Assembly: GCA_964291215.2 (NCBI GenBank)
Contig: OZ219791.1
Span: 2,880,001-2,944,000, forward strand
Direction of reading: 5' to 3'
DNA from: Alphaproteobacteria bacterium
Lineage (GTDB): Bacteria; Pseudomonadota; Alphaproteobacteria; MPNO01; UBA830
Length of the DNA stretch: 64,000 nt
Each line of letters begins with the position of its first letter. Position 1 is the first letter of the stretch. Below are positions 1-10,756 of the stretch, one piece after another. Under the pieces are notes generated by a model. That model was not told the DNA's origin and ran no database searches. It saw nothing but the letters and a program-made list of their open reading frames with translations. The translations under genes were made by a program, and so were the position numbers.

Positions 1-470
1 GAACAGGGACAAGCCGGTCTCCACCGTGCACCGGGTGCTGCAGAACACCGACCCGGGATGGATCGAGGATGCGGCGCGCAGCCGCAGGTCGGCAACGCGG
101 TCGACGGCAAGCGCACCGGCGAGGATCATTACGAGACGGTCTCGCTGGCCGGTATTCGATCCTCAACTGTCACGACGGGGAGATCGCTGCCGTCCACGCC
201 GCGACGGCCGTCTGCTCACCCTCGACGCGTTCCACACCACCCGCGAGGCTGATCGTCGAGACCCGTCGCGCGGGCTGATGGTCAAGGGCAACGCACCTTC
301 GAGAGAGCATCAACTGGAAGACCGCCAGCGCTACAACGAAAAGCCCGCGCATGGCCGCCAGCGCACCATCTTCACCCCGCTGGCGAAGATGATCAACTAG
401 TCAAGCAGATCTTCCGCGTCACCCGGCGCGTCGAATTCAGGAAATCCGGAAAACCGAACACGCCATATGA
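1..470 (+). pseudogene. ISAs1-family transposase remnant, N-terminal/central part, multiply frameshifted
   Basis: Fragments across frames AVDGKR..HYETVSL, GEIAAV, LLTLDAFHT, LMVKGNAP and HGR match ISAs1 DDE motifs (AxDGK, TxDAxHT, VKxNQP); continues after 1755. Confidence 0.65.
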
Positions 471-472
471 TC

Positions 473-1757
473 AGGTTTTGTCCCCTTGATGATGAAATCA
501 TCCACAGCAGTTGGGGGCGGGAAAATGTGGACAACCCCGACTGTGGGAGAGCGTCCGATCTATGGTTGCAGAGAGATTCCGCTCCCCTGAGCGAACACGC
601 ACAGGGGAGCAAACGATCTCCGCGGAGGTTGCCGTTTCGACCTTGACAGAGCCGCGTCCGAGTTTGGCAACCTCCCTTGACGTCCCTCGCTGGATGCTTG
701 GGTTTGAACCCGTATCATCACAAGGCGAGGAGCGATGGTCAAGGTAGTAGCAGGGGTCAGCCAGTCTGGACATCTGGCGCATTGTTTTGCGAACGACGCC
801 ACGGGCAGGTGGCTTCGCGGCCTCGGGGTGAGCCGGGTGGTGGGCGACAGGCCGCTATCACCGCAAGGTTCACCAGTGTCTTCATGACCGGGGCTTCGAG
901 GTTATCCTCGTCAACCCGTTGCGGGCGCTTCGCCGAGGCGATGGGCCAACCGCGTCGACGCCAGGATCGGCACGGTGAGCCTGTGGCTCCGCCTTCCTCA
1001 AGAACCTGGAGGATCTCCTGGTGCCGCGCTTGTCGACGCCAAGCAGGTGGCAGATGAGGTGGATGGCGAGACCGTCATAAGGGCCCCGGCGGCCGATCTC
1101 GATGATCGCCGGTGATCCCGAGCAGAGCTACGCCATCCTGACCTCGATCCGGTGACCGCCGCGGCCCTTCTGGATGCCCGAATTCGGCAGTGTCGGCAGC
1201 CTTGATCGGGGTGGCGCCAACGACCACGGTGCTCGGCACATCCGTGGCGGGCGCCGAAGGCCACGCGATCTCCTGGCCGCAACCAGCACGCTTCAACGCG
1301 GACCTGGCAAGCGTGTTCGAGCGCCTCAAGACTGCCGGCAAGCAAGGTCGCGATTGTCGCCGTGATGCGCAAGCTCTGGCGAACACCTTGCTGCGACAGC
1401 AGCGTTGCCTGAAGCACTGGTGAGTGAGCGAAGGAGACACGGCCCTGCCGAGAGCGCGACCGGGACTGTCTCGACAGTCTCCCTCTACGACACGGCTTGG
1501 GGAGAACATCTGCAGATCATCGTCGAGGCCGACATCGAGGAGACCGAACCGCCTTGGGACACCTGGAACCCGGACGGTCACGTGCCCGGGGACGGCAAGG
1601 TAGCCGCGTTCACGTGACCAATGGACGGCAACCCGCCGCCGGGACCACAAGCTTCATGTCGCCTCGCTCGCAGAGCAAATCCCACACCGCTTGTGGACAA
1701 CCACAGAAAACATCACCACAGACACCCGCAAAAACCTTGCCAAGAAACATGGATGCT
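473..1757 (+). mobile_element. Degenerate nested element, copy 1 (unclassified outer element containing an IS110 remnant), inserted into ISAs1
   Basis: Colinear with the reverse complement of ~27990-29500 along its whole length (e.g. tcatccacagc.gt.gggggcgggaaaatgtggacaac; aaaaaccttgcca.gaaacatggatgctc). Confidence 0.75.
735..1430 (+). pseudogene. IS110-family transposase remnant
   Basis: MVKVVAGV start, VNPLRA/RFAEAMG, AALIGVAP..NDHGARHIRGGRRRPRDLL, ARFNADL..FERLKTAGK..KVAIVAVMRKL; many small deletions. Confidence 0.8.
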
Positions 1758-1975
1758 CGGTCGAACGCGCCTCGCCGCAACAGTTGCTCGCATGGAATCG
1801 CGGATACCGGGTGGTCGAGAGCCATCACCACATACCCACCTTCCGCGAAGACTACTCCATGCTCCGAACGCGCCCGCAAACAACGCGATCACCCTCGCAA
1901 TCATCATCCACAACAAGCGCAAGCTGCGCAAACCCTTCAACAGCTTCGTCGACGCCACCATGCCGACAAGCGCAA
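1757..1975 (+). pseudogene. ISAs1-family transposase remnant, C-terminal part
   Basis: ERASPQQLLAWNRG(Y)..VESHHH..TFREDYS..R..NAPANNA, matching the ISAs1 RxHWxIEN..D..FxED motif. Confidence 0.65.
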
Positions 1976-2029
1976 GCAGGTCCTGCACGCAATCACAAGA
2001 CCAGGCTGACCGCGCCTCTCTCCCCGGCA

Positions 2030-2422
2030 GAAACCGCAAGCTTTCGAGCCCGGCAACCAAGGCCTCTCGCTCGCCCCGGATACGCCGACCAATCGCGCCC
2101 CGCGCCGCAACAGCGCGTCAGCAAATCTCAAAATCGCAGCCTCGAACGCGTCGACCCGCGCCGCGATCAGGACTCCGATCACATCACATCAACAAGCATG
2201 AGATCATCTTGGCGTGGACCTTACGATCCCGAACCGACCATCGAAGTCTTCGCCATCGAGGTCGCACGCGTGGCAGGCTTCATCCCCGGCAAACGCCAAC
2301 CCCTGCCGGGAACCGAGAAACTCTGGCAGGGTTACAATATCCTCCTCTATTTCACCGAATATCACCGAGCGATGCGGAAACTCGATATGCAGAAATCAAT
2401 GAACTCAGTGGTGTCAGATTGA
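2030..2422 (+). pseudogene. IS4 (IS50/Tn5-like) transposase C-terminal remnant
   Basis: PTIEVFAIEVARVAGFIPGKRQPLPGTEKLWQGY matches the Tn5-type dimerisation-domain motif. Confidence 0.75.
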
Positions 2423-2742
2423 AAGACCCTCATCTGGCAATTCAGCGCATTGAGGCGTTCCGGCCGGCGCAGGGCGATGACCGGCGCCTCTCCAGCCATT
2501 TTAGTCTCGAGACCCGGGTATGCCATGAGATCGCTTCCGCTACAGGTTTTCCCGCGGGCGACGGTACCATGTCCCCGCCGCGTCGCGACAGGCCGGGCTC
2601 CGCCCGCCGGGTTTCGGATCCGGGGTGTTTTCAGGTATGGCCACGCGGCAGAGGATCAATTCTCGGTTATCCCGCACATGATTTCACACATTGCCGAAAC
2701 TCCGGTTTTGGCCGGCTCGGGCCGGCGGCAATCCCGGGCCGG

Positions 2743-3720
2743 TCAGGGAAACAGGACGATCTTTCCGAAGAATCCCCGCTCCTCCATGAGCCGTTCCGCC
2801 TCGCCGAGCCGTTCGAGCGGGAACGTGTGGCTTACGACCGGTGCAAGCCGGCCTTCGGCAACATGGGCGACGGCGCTCGCCACGTCTTCCTGTGAATAGG
2901 AATTGGAGCCGAGAACATCGAGTTCGCGTACCCAGATGAACCGCAGGTCAGTCTGCGGATCGTGGCCCGCGGTCGCGCCGCAGGTCAGCACGCGTCCGCC
3001 TCTTCGTGCTGCCCGGAGCGACGGTGCCCAGGTCTCGCCACCGGTGAAGTTGACGACAACGTCGCAGCCGGTCTTGCCGGTCAGGAGCCAGGCGGCGCGG
3101 CTGAAATCCTCGTCCCGGTAGTTGATGACGTGATCCGCGCCGAGTTCGGTGAGGCGGGCGCACTTCTCGTCGGATCCGGCGGCGGCGATGACCCGAGCTC
3201 CGACCATCTTGGCGAACTGGAGGCTGGCGAGGCCGACGCCGCCGCTGGCGCCGAGCACCAGCATGATCTCGTCTGCCGCTAGGCGGCCGCGTGCGAACAG
3301 CATGCGGTGAGCGGTGCCGTAATTGATGGGAATCGCGGCCGCGGTCTCGAACGGAACGTGGTCCGGAAGCGCAACGAGGCTGGCGGCGGGGACGCGGACC
3401 AGCTCGGCGAGGCCGCCGATCAGGTCTTCGCCGATCATTCCGTGGTCGGTCTGGGGGTTGAGGGTAACGCGGTCGCCGACGTCCCATCCGTGCACGTCTG
3501 CACCGAGGCTGTCGATGGTGCCGGCAATGTCGCCGCCGGAGATGAAGGGCATCGGCACCGGAAACCCCGGCATGCCGCGGCGAACGAAGATGTCGAGATG
3601 GTTGAGCCCGCAGGCGCCGACCCGGACCACGACATCGTCGGGACCCGGTGCCGGGTCATCCCAGTCGCGATAGGCGATGTTCTCGATGCCGCCCTGGGCT
3701 TCGATGACGGCTGCTTTCAT
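2743..3720 (-). CDS. MDR-family zinc-binding/quinone oxidoreductase
   Basis: 325 aa; ACGLNHLD, PFISGGDIAG, LVLGASGGVG Rossmann motif, FFGKIVL C-terminus. Confidence 0.9.
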   Translation of the reverse strand: MKAAVIEAQGGIENIAYRDWDDPAPGPDDVVVRVGACGLNHLDIFVRRGMPGFPVPMPFISGGDIAGTIDSLGADVHGWDVGDRVTLNPQTDHGMIGEDLIGGLAELVRVPAASLVALPDHVPFETAAAIPINYGTAHRMLFARGRLAADEIMLVLGASGGVGLASLQFAKMVGARVIAAAGSDEKCARLTELGADHVINYRDEDFSRAAWLLTGKTGCDVVVNFTGGETWAPSLRAARRGGRVLTCGATAGHDPQTDLRFIWVRELDVLGSNSYSQEDVASAVAHVAEGRLAPVVSHTFPLERLGEAERLMEERGFFGKIVLFP

Positions 3721-3721
3721 G

Positions 3722-4876
3722 TCATGCCTCCTGCGTGCGCCGAATCAGGGCGAGATAGATCTGCGCCATTTCGAGCATCTCGGACACCAGCACATGTTCG
3801 TCACGGGAATGGAACTGATCGATCCGTCCGGGCCCGAGCATCACCGATTCGATTCCGCGCTTTGCAAAATACCCGGCATCAAGCGCAAAATCGCAGACCA
3901 CAGTGCCTGCCTCGAGGCCGGCGTCCGCATAGGCCCGTTCAAGGAGCGGCATCAGCGTGCCGTCCGCTGCCAACTTGTTGGGGTACATGAGAGGGCCGCG
4001 CCGGCACTCGACCGCGTAGGGCGCGGGGTCGGGCAGCGCCGCGGCGACGGCGAAATAGGCGGCCTCCGGATCCTCGCCCGGCAGCAGCCTGCGGTCGAAC
4101 GTCATCTCGACCCGGTCCTGGACGGTGTGGGTTGCGTCGGGGAAACTTCGGATTGAGGTCGCAGTCAGTGTCGCCGGTCCGAACTGCGGATGGTCGGGAA
4201 CCCGGAGATCGAATGCCGCGAGCGCGTCGAGGCAGCGCCGTGCGCCGATGATGGCGTTGATTCCGTTCCAGGGCATGCTCGAATGGGTGGCCTTGCCGCG
4301 CACGGTGACTTCTATGTCGACCCGCCCCTTGTTGCCGGCGCCAATCCGGCTGTCGGTGCCGAGGCAGACGATTGCGTGGTCGGGCCGGGTACCGAGCGCG
4401 TCGAGCGCGCTTGCAGCGGCGTCGTGGCGCCCGGTTTCGCCGGAGGTAAGCAGCAGCAGCGCGAGGCCGTGCGTGAGGCCGCTGGCCCGGGCCTGCGCAA
4501 CCGCTGCCATGGCCGCGGCAAGGGCCGTTTTCTGTTCCGCGACGCCGCGCCCGCGGATTGCCGGACCGGCCGGCGTGTCGATCACGGCCGCGGTGAACGG
4601 ATCCGGCATCGCTGCGGCCGGATGGGTCATCGCATAGGTGACGAAAACCAGAGGGCAGGTGCTGGCGGCGGGTCCGGACTCGGCGATCAAGTTGCCCATG
4701 GCATCGTATCGCAGCCGGTCGAGGCCGAGTTCCTCCATTGCGGGCGCGGCGCAGTCGCGGATGAAGCCCGTCACCGCCGGGTCGGCCTCCTGGAATGCGC
4801 TCTGCTCGCTTGGGTAGCGGACAAGTCGCTGCAGCAGCGGGACGAGCGTTTCTTCCGTGACTGGTTCGGTCGCCAT
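3722..4876 (-). CDS. M20/ArgE-DapE-like metallohydrolase with non-canonical metal ligands
   Basis: GNLIA, IRGRG, GNKGRVDIEVTVRGKATHSSMPWNGINAI, DRRLLPGED, GPG..QFHSRDE; ATG 4876 chosen as start. Confidence 0.85.
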   Translation of the reverse strand: MATEPVTEETLVPLLQRLVRYPSEQSAFQEADPAVTGFIRDCAAPAMEELGLDRLRYDAMGNLIAESGPAASTCPLVFVTYAMTHPAAAMPDPFTAAVIDTPAGPAIRGRGVAEQKTALAAAMAAVAQARASGLTHGLALLLLTSGETGRHDAAASALDALGTRPDHAIVCLGTDSRIGAGNKGRVDIEVTVRGKATHSSMPWNGINAIIGARRCLDALAAFDLRVPDHPQFGPATLTATSIRSFPDATHTVQDRVEMTFDRRLLPGEDPEAAYFAVAAALPDPAPYAVECRRGPLMYPNKLAADGTLMPLLERAYADAGLEAGTVVCDFALDAGYFAKRGIESVMLGPGRIDQFHSRDEHVLVSEMLEMAQIYLALIRRTQEA

Positions 4877-4889
4877 GCCTGGTCTGCGG

Positions 4890-6212
4890 TCAGAATCCGA
4901 ACAGGACATCGGGCAGCCAGGTCGCAGTCGCCGGCACCAGCGCGACAAGGGCCAACGTGATCAGCTGGGCGATCACGTAAGGGGTGACGCCGCGATACAT
5001 GTCGCCGTATGTGATCTCCTTGGGGGCGATCGAGCGAAGATAGAAGATCGACGGGGCCATGGGCGGTGTCAGATAGGACGTCTGCAGGATGATGCAGACC
5101 ATGACGCCGAACCACAACGGGTCGATATCGGCGCCGGTAATGATCGGGCTGGCGATCGGGAGCACGACGATGAGCACCGAGATCCAGTCGAGGATGAAGC
5201 CGAGCACAAAGACGACGAAAAGAAACGCAACGATGATTTCCACCGGTCCGAAACCCTGCCCCTCGATGAATCCGGCCACCAGTTCGTCGCCGCCATGAAT
5301 GATGAAGACGCTGGCGAACAGCACGCCGCCGACCACGATCAGCATGACCATGGAGGTGACCTTTATGGTCCGGGTCAGGGCGGCTGTCAGCATCGAGAAG
5401 GAAAACTCCCCGTAAAGGATGCTGAGCAGTACCGCGCCGAGCGCGCCGACGGCCGCGGCTTCCGTCGGCGCGGCGATGCCCGCAAAGATGCTGCCGAGCA
5501 CCGCCAGGACGAGAAACGTGGCGGGAATCAGCGCGGTTACGGTCAGCCGCAACTTTTCGCCCAGGGAATGGCTGTCCTCGCTGGCGTCGAGTCCCGGCCC
5601 GGCATCGGGCTGCAGTGCACAGCGCCCAATGATGTAAAGCAGGAACAGCGCCACCATGACACCGGCGGGGATCAGGATTCCGGCGAACAGATCACCGACC
5701 GACGTCTCGGTGATCGAGGCGTAGACGATGATCACGATAGACGGCGGAATCGTTGTGCCCAGAGAACCTCCGGCGCAGATCGTGCCAGCGGTGAGGTCGC
5801 GGCGGTACCCGGCGCCGAGCAGCGCCGGCACCGCCATGATGCCGACCACGATCTCGACGGCGCCCACCACGCCCGAGGAGGCCGCGAAGATGCCGCACAT
5901 GACGATGGTGGTGATCGCCAGCCCGCCGCGGAGCGCGCCGAACCAGATCTTGATGGCCTCGAACAGACGGGCGGCGATCCCTGCGCGTTCGAGGACGGCG
6001 CCCATGAAGACGAAGAGCGGGATCGCGGCGAGGATGAAGTTCGAAGACACATCGAACAGGCGGCTGTGAAACTGGGTCGGCAGCTTCATGCCGAATTCCA
6101 CGACCCCGAAGGCAAAGGCGATGGCGATCAGGCTGAACGCAACCGGAATGCCCGCGAACACGAGCAGGAACAGCGCCGGGAACATGAAGGCGGCGAGCGA
6201 TATCTCAGACAT
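4890..6212 (-). CDS. dctM: TRAP transporter large permease
   Basis: AIPLFVFMG..LERAGIA, GGSLGTTIPPSI, PTEAAAVGA, QTSYLTPP motifs. Confidence 0.92.
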   Translation of the reverse strand: MSEISLAAFMFPALFLLVFAGIPVAFSLIAIAFAFGVVEFGMKLPTQFHSRLFDVSSNFILAAIPLFVFMGAVLERAGIAARLFEAIKIWFGALRGGLAITTIVMCGIFAASSGVVGAVEIVVGIMAVPALLGAGYRRDLTAGTICAGGSLGTTIPPSIVIIVYASITETSVGDLFAGILIPAGVMVALFLLYIIGRCALQPDAGPGLDASEDSHSLGEKLRLTVTALIPATFLVLAVLGSIFAGIAAPTEAAAVGALGAVLLSILYGEFSFSMLTAALTRTIKVTSMVMLIVVGGVLFASVFIIHGGDELVAGFIEGQGFGPVEIIVAFLFVVFVLGFILDWISVLIVVLPIASPIITGADIDPLWFGVMVCIILQTSYLTPPMAPSIFYLRSIAPKEITYGDMYRGVTPYVIAQLITLALVALVPATATWLPDVLFGF

Positions 6213-6750
6213 GATCGCTGGCCTGGTCACTCCGATGCAGAAGCGGGGAGGGCTCGAAGCCGAGAGCGCTGCGGACGTGGCGGATGCACTCGGCTGTCAT
6301 CTGGAGGAACAGAGCGGCGAAGCCGATCAGGATTCCTGCGAACAGCGGCCACAGCAGCGGCTTCCAGGGGCTCGCGGGATCAAGCTCGTCGGTGAGATAG
6401 GCCTCCAGCCATTCCGTCCAGGCACCGATGAGCAGGAAGGCCATGGCCGGGAAGGTCAGGAAGATGTAGACGGCCACATTCACCCAGTCCTGCACTCTCC
6501 GGGGAAAGCGGGTCGACAGGAAATCGATGCGGATATGCCCGTTGTGGCGCAGCGTGTATCCGGCTGCAAAGAGGAATCCAACGCCGTTCAGCATGTAGGC
6601 GACATCGTAGGCCCAGAGCGTCGGCGCCGCGAACAGGCGCCGCGAAATGACCTCGTACACCATGTCGGCAACAAGGCCCGCGAGCATGATCATGGCGATC
6701 GCGGCCAGGAATCGCGAAACCTTGTCGATCGCGGCGAGATAGCGGGTCAT
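6205..6750 (-). CDS. dctQ: TRAP transporter small permease
   Basis: 4-TM protein, YEVISRR.F.APTLWA, GYTL..NGHIRIDF. Confidence 0.9.
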   Translation of the reverse strand: MTRYLAAIDKVSRFLAAIAMIMLAGLVADMVYEVISRRLFAAPTLWAYDVAYMLNGVGFLFAAGYTLRHNGHIRIDFLSTRFPRRVQDWVNVAVYIFLTFPAMAFLLIGAWTEWLEAYLTDELDPASPWKPLLWPLFAGILIGFAALFLQMTAECIRHVRSALGFEPSPLLHRSDQASDHV

Positions 6751-6757
6751 GGCCGAT

Positions 6758-6799
6758 GCGCGCCGGCGGGGGTCGGGGCACGCCCCCGGCCGGCGCGTC
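6758..6799 (-). other. GC-rich stem-loop downstream of dctP (mRNA stabiliser or partial terminator)
   Basis: gcgccggc/gggg arms pair with cccc/gccggcgc between dctP and dctQ. Confidence 0.45.
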
Positions 6800-6801
6800 T
6801 C

Positions 6802-7866
6802 CTAATTGTGTCGGTAGATCCCGTATTTCTTCCAGCGGTCGTAGAAGCTCCAGTAGGAGCCGGATATCCGCGCCATCCACGGATTGCCCTTGGCCGTCTG
6901 CTTTTCTGTCTGTTCCTTCGACCAGGCGCGCCCGAGATCCTCGATCGTCTGCTGCGCGTTGGCGTCGAGCGCCGACCATTCGTTGCGTCCCTTCATCAAC
7001 TTCTCGATCGCATTGAGGTCGGCGGTTCCGACATGCAGCGCGGTCTGGACGCCGGCATGGATGGCGGCCGCCCGCAACTGCTTCTGCAGTCTCTCGGGCA
7101 GGGCCTTCCAGTCCTTGGCCCGGAACACCGCCTCGCTGGCATGCGCCGGCGAATGGAGTCCCGGCACGATGATGTACTTGGCGATCTTGTGGAAACCGAG
7201 GCTGATGTTGGTAGAAGGCGTGATGAACTCGGTACCGTCGATGACCCGCCTATCGAGCGCTGTGTAGATGTCGGCGGGAGGAAGCACGGTGGCCGATGCC
7301 CCGACCTTCTTCAGGATGTCCGCCCAGGCCCCGGCCGTGCGGATCTTCATGCCCTTGAGATCGGCGATCTTCTCGACCTTGCGGTGGGAATGGAGGAAGA
7401 TCTCCGTTGATCCGAAGCCTGTCGGCAGGATGTGGAGGTCCTGGGTCTGCTGGCGGAAATCGATGTTCAGTTTCTCTCCCTGATCCGCGAGGATCCAGTG
7501 CAGGAACTCTTCCATCGGCATGCCGCCGACCATGCCGGCGAGGATGCCGTTGGCGGGATCCTTGTTGACGGCGAACCCGGCATAGCAGTAGCAGATGTCG
7601 GCGGTGCCCTTTTGCACCGCGTCCCAGCCGTCGAACGGTCCGGCGAGGACGCCGACGCCGAAGCCCTTGATCTTGACTTCGTTGCTGGTGAACAGGTGCG
7701 CGGCATCGATGAAGCGTTGCATGTAGTTGTTCCAGGTGGGGGACTTGGCCGGGACGTAGGACGTGAGTTTCCACTCGTATTTCTGCGCTTCAGCGGGTCC
7801 GGAGAGCGGTCCGGCAATGACGGCTGCCGCGACCGCTGCGCCAGCAAGGGTTCTGATCCTGAACAT
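6802..7866 (-). CDS. dctP: TRAP substrate-binding protein
   Basis: Signal peptide, WDAVQKGTAD, DLKGMKIRTAG, DIYTALDRRVID, LGFHKIAKY. Confidence 0.92.
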   Translation of the reverse strand: MFRIRTLAGAAVAAAVIAGPLSGPAEAQKYEWKLTSYVPAKSPTWNNYMQRFIDAAHLFTSNEVKIKGFGVGVLAGPFDGWDAVQKGTADICYCYAGFAVNKDPANGILAGMVGGMPMEEFLHWILADQGEKLNIDFRQQTQDLHILPTGFGSTEIFLHSHRKVEKIADLKGMKIRTAGAWADILKKVGASATVLPPADIYTALDRRVIDGTEFITPSTNISLGFHKIAKYIIVPGLHSPAHASEAVFRAKDWKALPERLQKQLRAAAIHAGVQTALHVGTADLNAIEKLMKGRNEWSALDANAQQTIEDLGRAWSKEQTEKQTAKGNPWMARISGSYWSFYDRWKKYGIYRHN

Positions 7867-8011
7867 CGGCTATTCTCCCAGTGAGATTTCGGTGCATTCA
7901 TGCACGGCAACTGGAATCCCTCGATCCTGCGCCGCGCGCCGGATCAATGACCGTGTGCCGGAGCATATCTTACCTGTTCTGCCACCGCAGATGCAAAGCA
8001 GCGTCAGGAAG

Positions 8012-8029
8012 GCCTGATGCGCATCAGGC
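8012..8029. promoter_or_regulatory. Perfect 18-bp palindrome GCCTGATGCGCATCAGGC in the divergent intergenic region; candidate operator
   Basis: Read directly; lies between divergent dctP and monooxygenase genes. Confidence 0.4.
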
Positions 8030-8349
8030 ACGGAATCGGAACGCTCCGGCAAGTCCGCATCGGGATTTCCCTTCTTCGCGCTGCTGGGCGTTGCGAAGTG
8101 TTCTGCATCCGGCGCAAACGGCACGACCCGGCCTTGGGGCACAGCTGCCGGCAGCTCTTCGCACGGCCGGCGGAGAACCGCGATAGTGATTGGCGCCATG
8201 ATGACACTGCGCGCGCTGTCGAAAATGAACTGCGACCGCTTCTGCGACTAGCGGTTGCAGCCTCCCATTGGTGCGGGTCAGCCATGCGGCCATCAGCAGG
8301 TCCAACCGTGCGTTTGGCTGGCGCCGGTGCCGGGCACAACATCCGCGGC

Positions 8350-9566
8350 ATGAGCAGGGAATCGGAAATACTCGTCATTGGTGCCGGGATTCGGCGGCCT
8401 CACGCTGGCGCTCATGCTGCATGGCCGGGGCTTCCGCTGCCGGATCTTTGAAGCGGCGCCCGAATTCCGGCTCCTCGGCGTCGGAATCAACATGCTGCCG
8501 CACGCGATCCGGGAACTGAGCGCGCTCGGCCTGCAGGCGAGCCTCGGGGCCTACGGCGTGGAGGCCCGCGAATTTGCCTATTTCAACCGCCACGGCCAGG
8601 CCGTCTTCGCGGAGTCGTGCGGCCGGTTTACCGGCTACGAGCACCCGCATTTCTCGATCCACCGCGCCGACCTTCACAAGGTGCTGCTCGACGCGGTGCT
8701 GGAGCGGCTCGGCCCCGACGCTGTCCGTCTCGGACACTGCTGTGTCGGCGTTGAGCAGGACGCGGAAGGCGTGACGGCGCGATTCGACGGTGTGGAGCCC
8801 GCGGCTGGCAGCATCGCCATCGCCGCCGACGGCTTTCATTCCGCCGTGCGCCGGCAGTTCCATCCCTCGGAAGGCGCCCCGCATTTCGGCGGCATCAATA
8901 TGTGGCGCGGGGCAACTCGGCGGAAACCGTTTCTCACCGGCGCCAGCGTCACCCGAATTGGCACCGTGGCGCGCGGCAAGATGGTGATCTATCCCATTCG
9001 GCAGTTTGGAGACGGCACCCAGCTGATCAACTGGAACACCGAACAGCCGCGCGCCGACCGCAAGCCGAACGACTGGGCAACTCCGGGACGCATGGAGGAT
9101 TTCATCGAGCCGTTCGCGGACTGGCGTTTCGACTGGCTCGATGTTCCGGCTCTGATCGCTGACGCCGAGTTCATTCTCGAATATCCGATGGTCGACCGCC
9201 AGCCGATGGACCTTCGGCCGCGTCACGCTGCTCGGGGACGCGGCACACCCGATGTATCCGCGCGGCGGTAACGGCGGCGCCCAGGCCATTCTCGACGCCG
9301 AAGCGCTGGCGCGGCTGCTCGACGGGTTCGACGATCCGAAAGCGGCGTTGCACGCCTACGAGGACGAGCGCCTGGGTCCCACCAGCGAGATCGTGCTGAC
9401 CAACCGCGATCAGCCGCCAGACTACATCATCGAAACGGTCGAGGCGCTGACCGGCGGAGAGCGCTTCGAACGCATCGATGACGTCATAGATCCTGCCGAA
9501 CTGGCGGCGATATCGGACCGGTACAAGGACATCGCCGGCTACAGCCTGGGAACCGCGAAACGCTGA
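8350..9566 (+). pseudogene. FAD-dependent monooxygenase (salicylate hydroxylase-like) with two frameshifts
   Basis: MSRESEILVIGAGI|GGLTLAL (shift ~8391), AADGFHSAVR, YPMVDR|WTFGRVTLLGDAAHPMYPRGGNG (shift ~9203). Confidence 0.85.
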
Positions 9567-9678
9567 TTCGTCGCAGATGGGCGGCCGGGCTGCGGCAATT
9601 CGCCGCCGTCGTCCTTGCATGTGCGGGTGACAGCATCTAATAAGAAGAGACGCACGACAAACGACGACAAATGGAATC

Positions 9679-9915
9679 ATGGAACAGGAAGCGCGAATCC
9701 GCGAACCGGAAAACACCGTCTGGCAGACACGCCTCCGGCCCCAGACCGAATTCGAACGGAGGCTTGCCGATGCTCTCGAACAGGCCTTTGCGGGAGGTGT
9801 GACCGAACTCGGCCCGCTGGTTGCGCAGCTGAACGCCGACGGCGTCTGCGACGAGAACCACAAACTCTGGACCGAAGAGAGCTTTTGCGCCGCCATGGCG
9901 CGACTGCGCGGCTGA
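9679..9915 (+). CDS. Small recombinase-like helix-turn-helix protein associated with Rieske oxygenase operons
   Basis: 78 aa, WQTR.R..TEFE..LADALEQAF..GV.EL..LV..LN..G....WTEESF..AMARL; ends 2 nt before the ABC ATPase start. Confidence 0.75.
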   Translation: MEQEARIREPENTVWQTRLRPQTEFERRLADALEQAFAGGVTELGPLVAQLNADGVCDENHKLWTEESFCAAMARLRG

Positions 9916-9917
9916 AC

Positions 9918-10712
<795 letters not shown>

Positions 10713-10756
10713 ATGACGATTGGTCCATAACCACCGTGAACACAGGGAGGTCAACC

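Noticed and set aside
640-734. Functional IS110 bridge RNA
   Set aside because: Non-coding end is only ~90 nt and deleted, and the transposase lacks its first catalytic Asp; no structure can be supported
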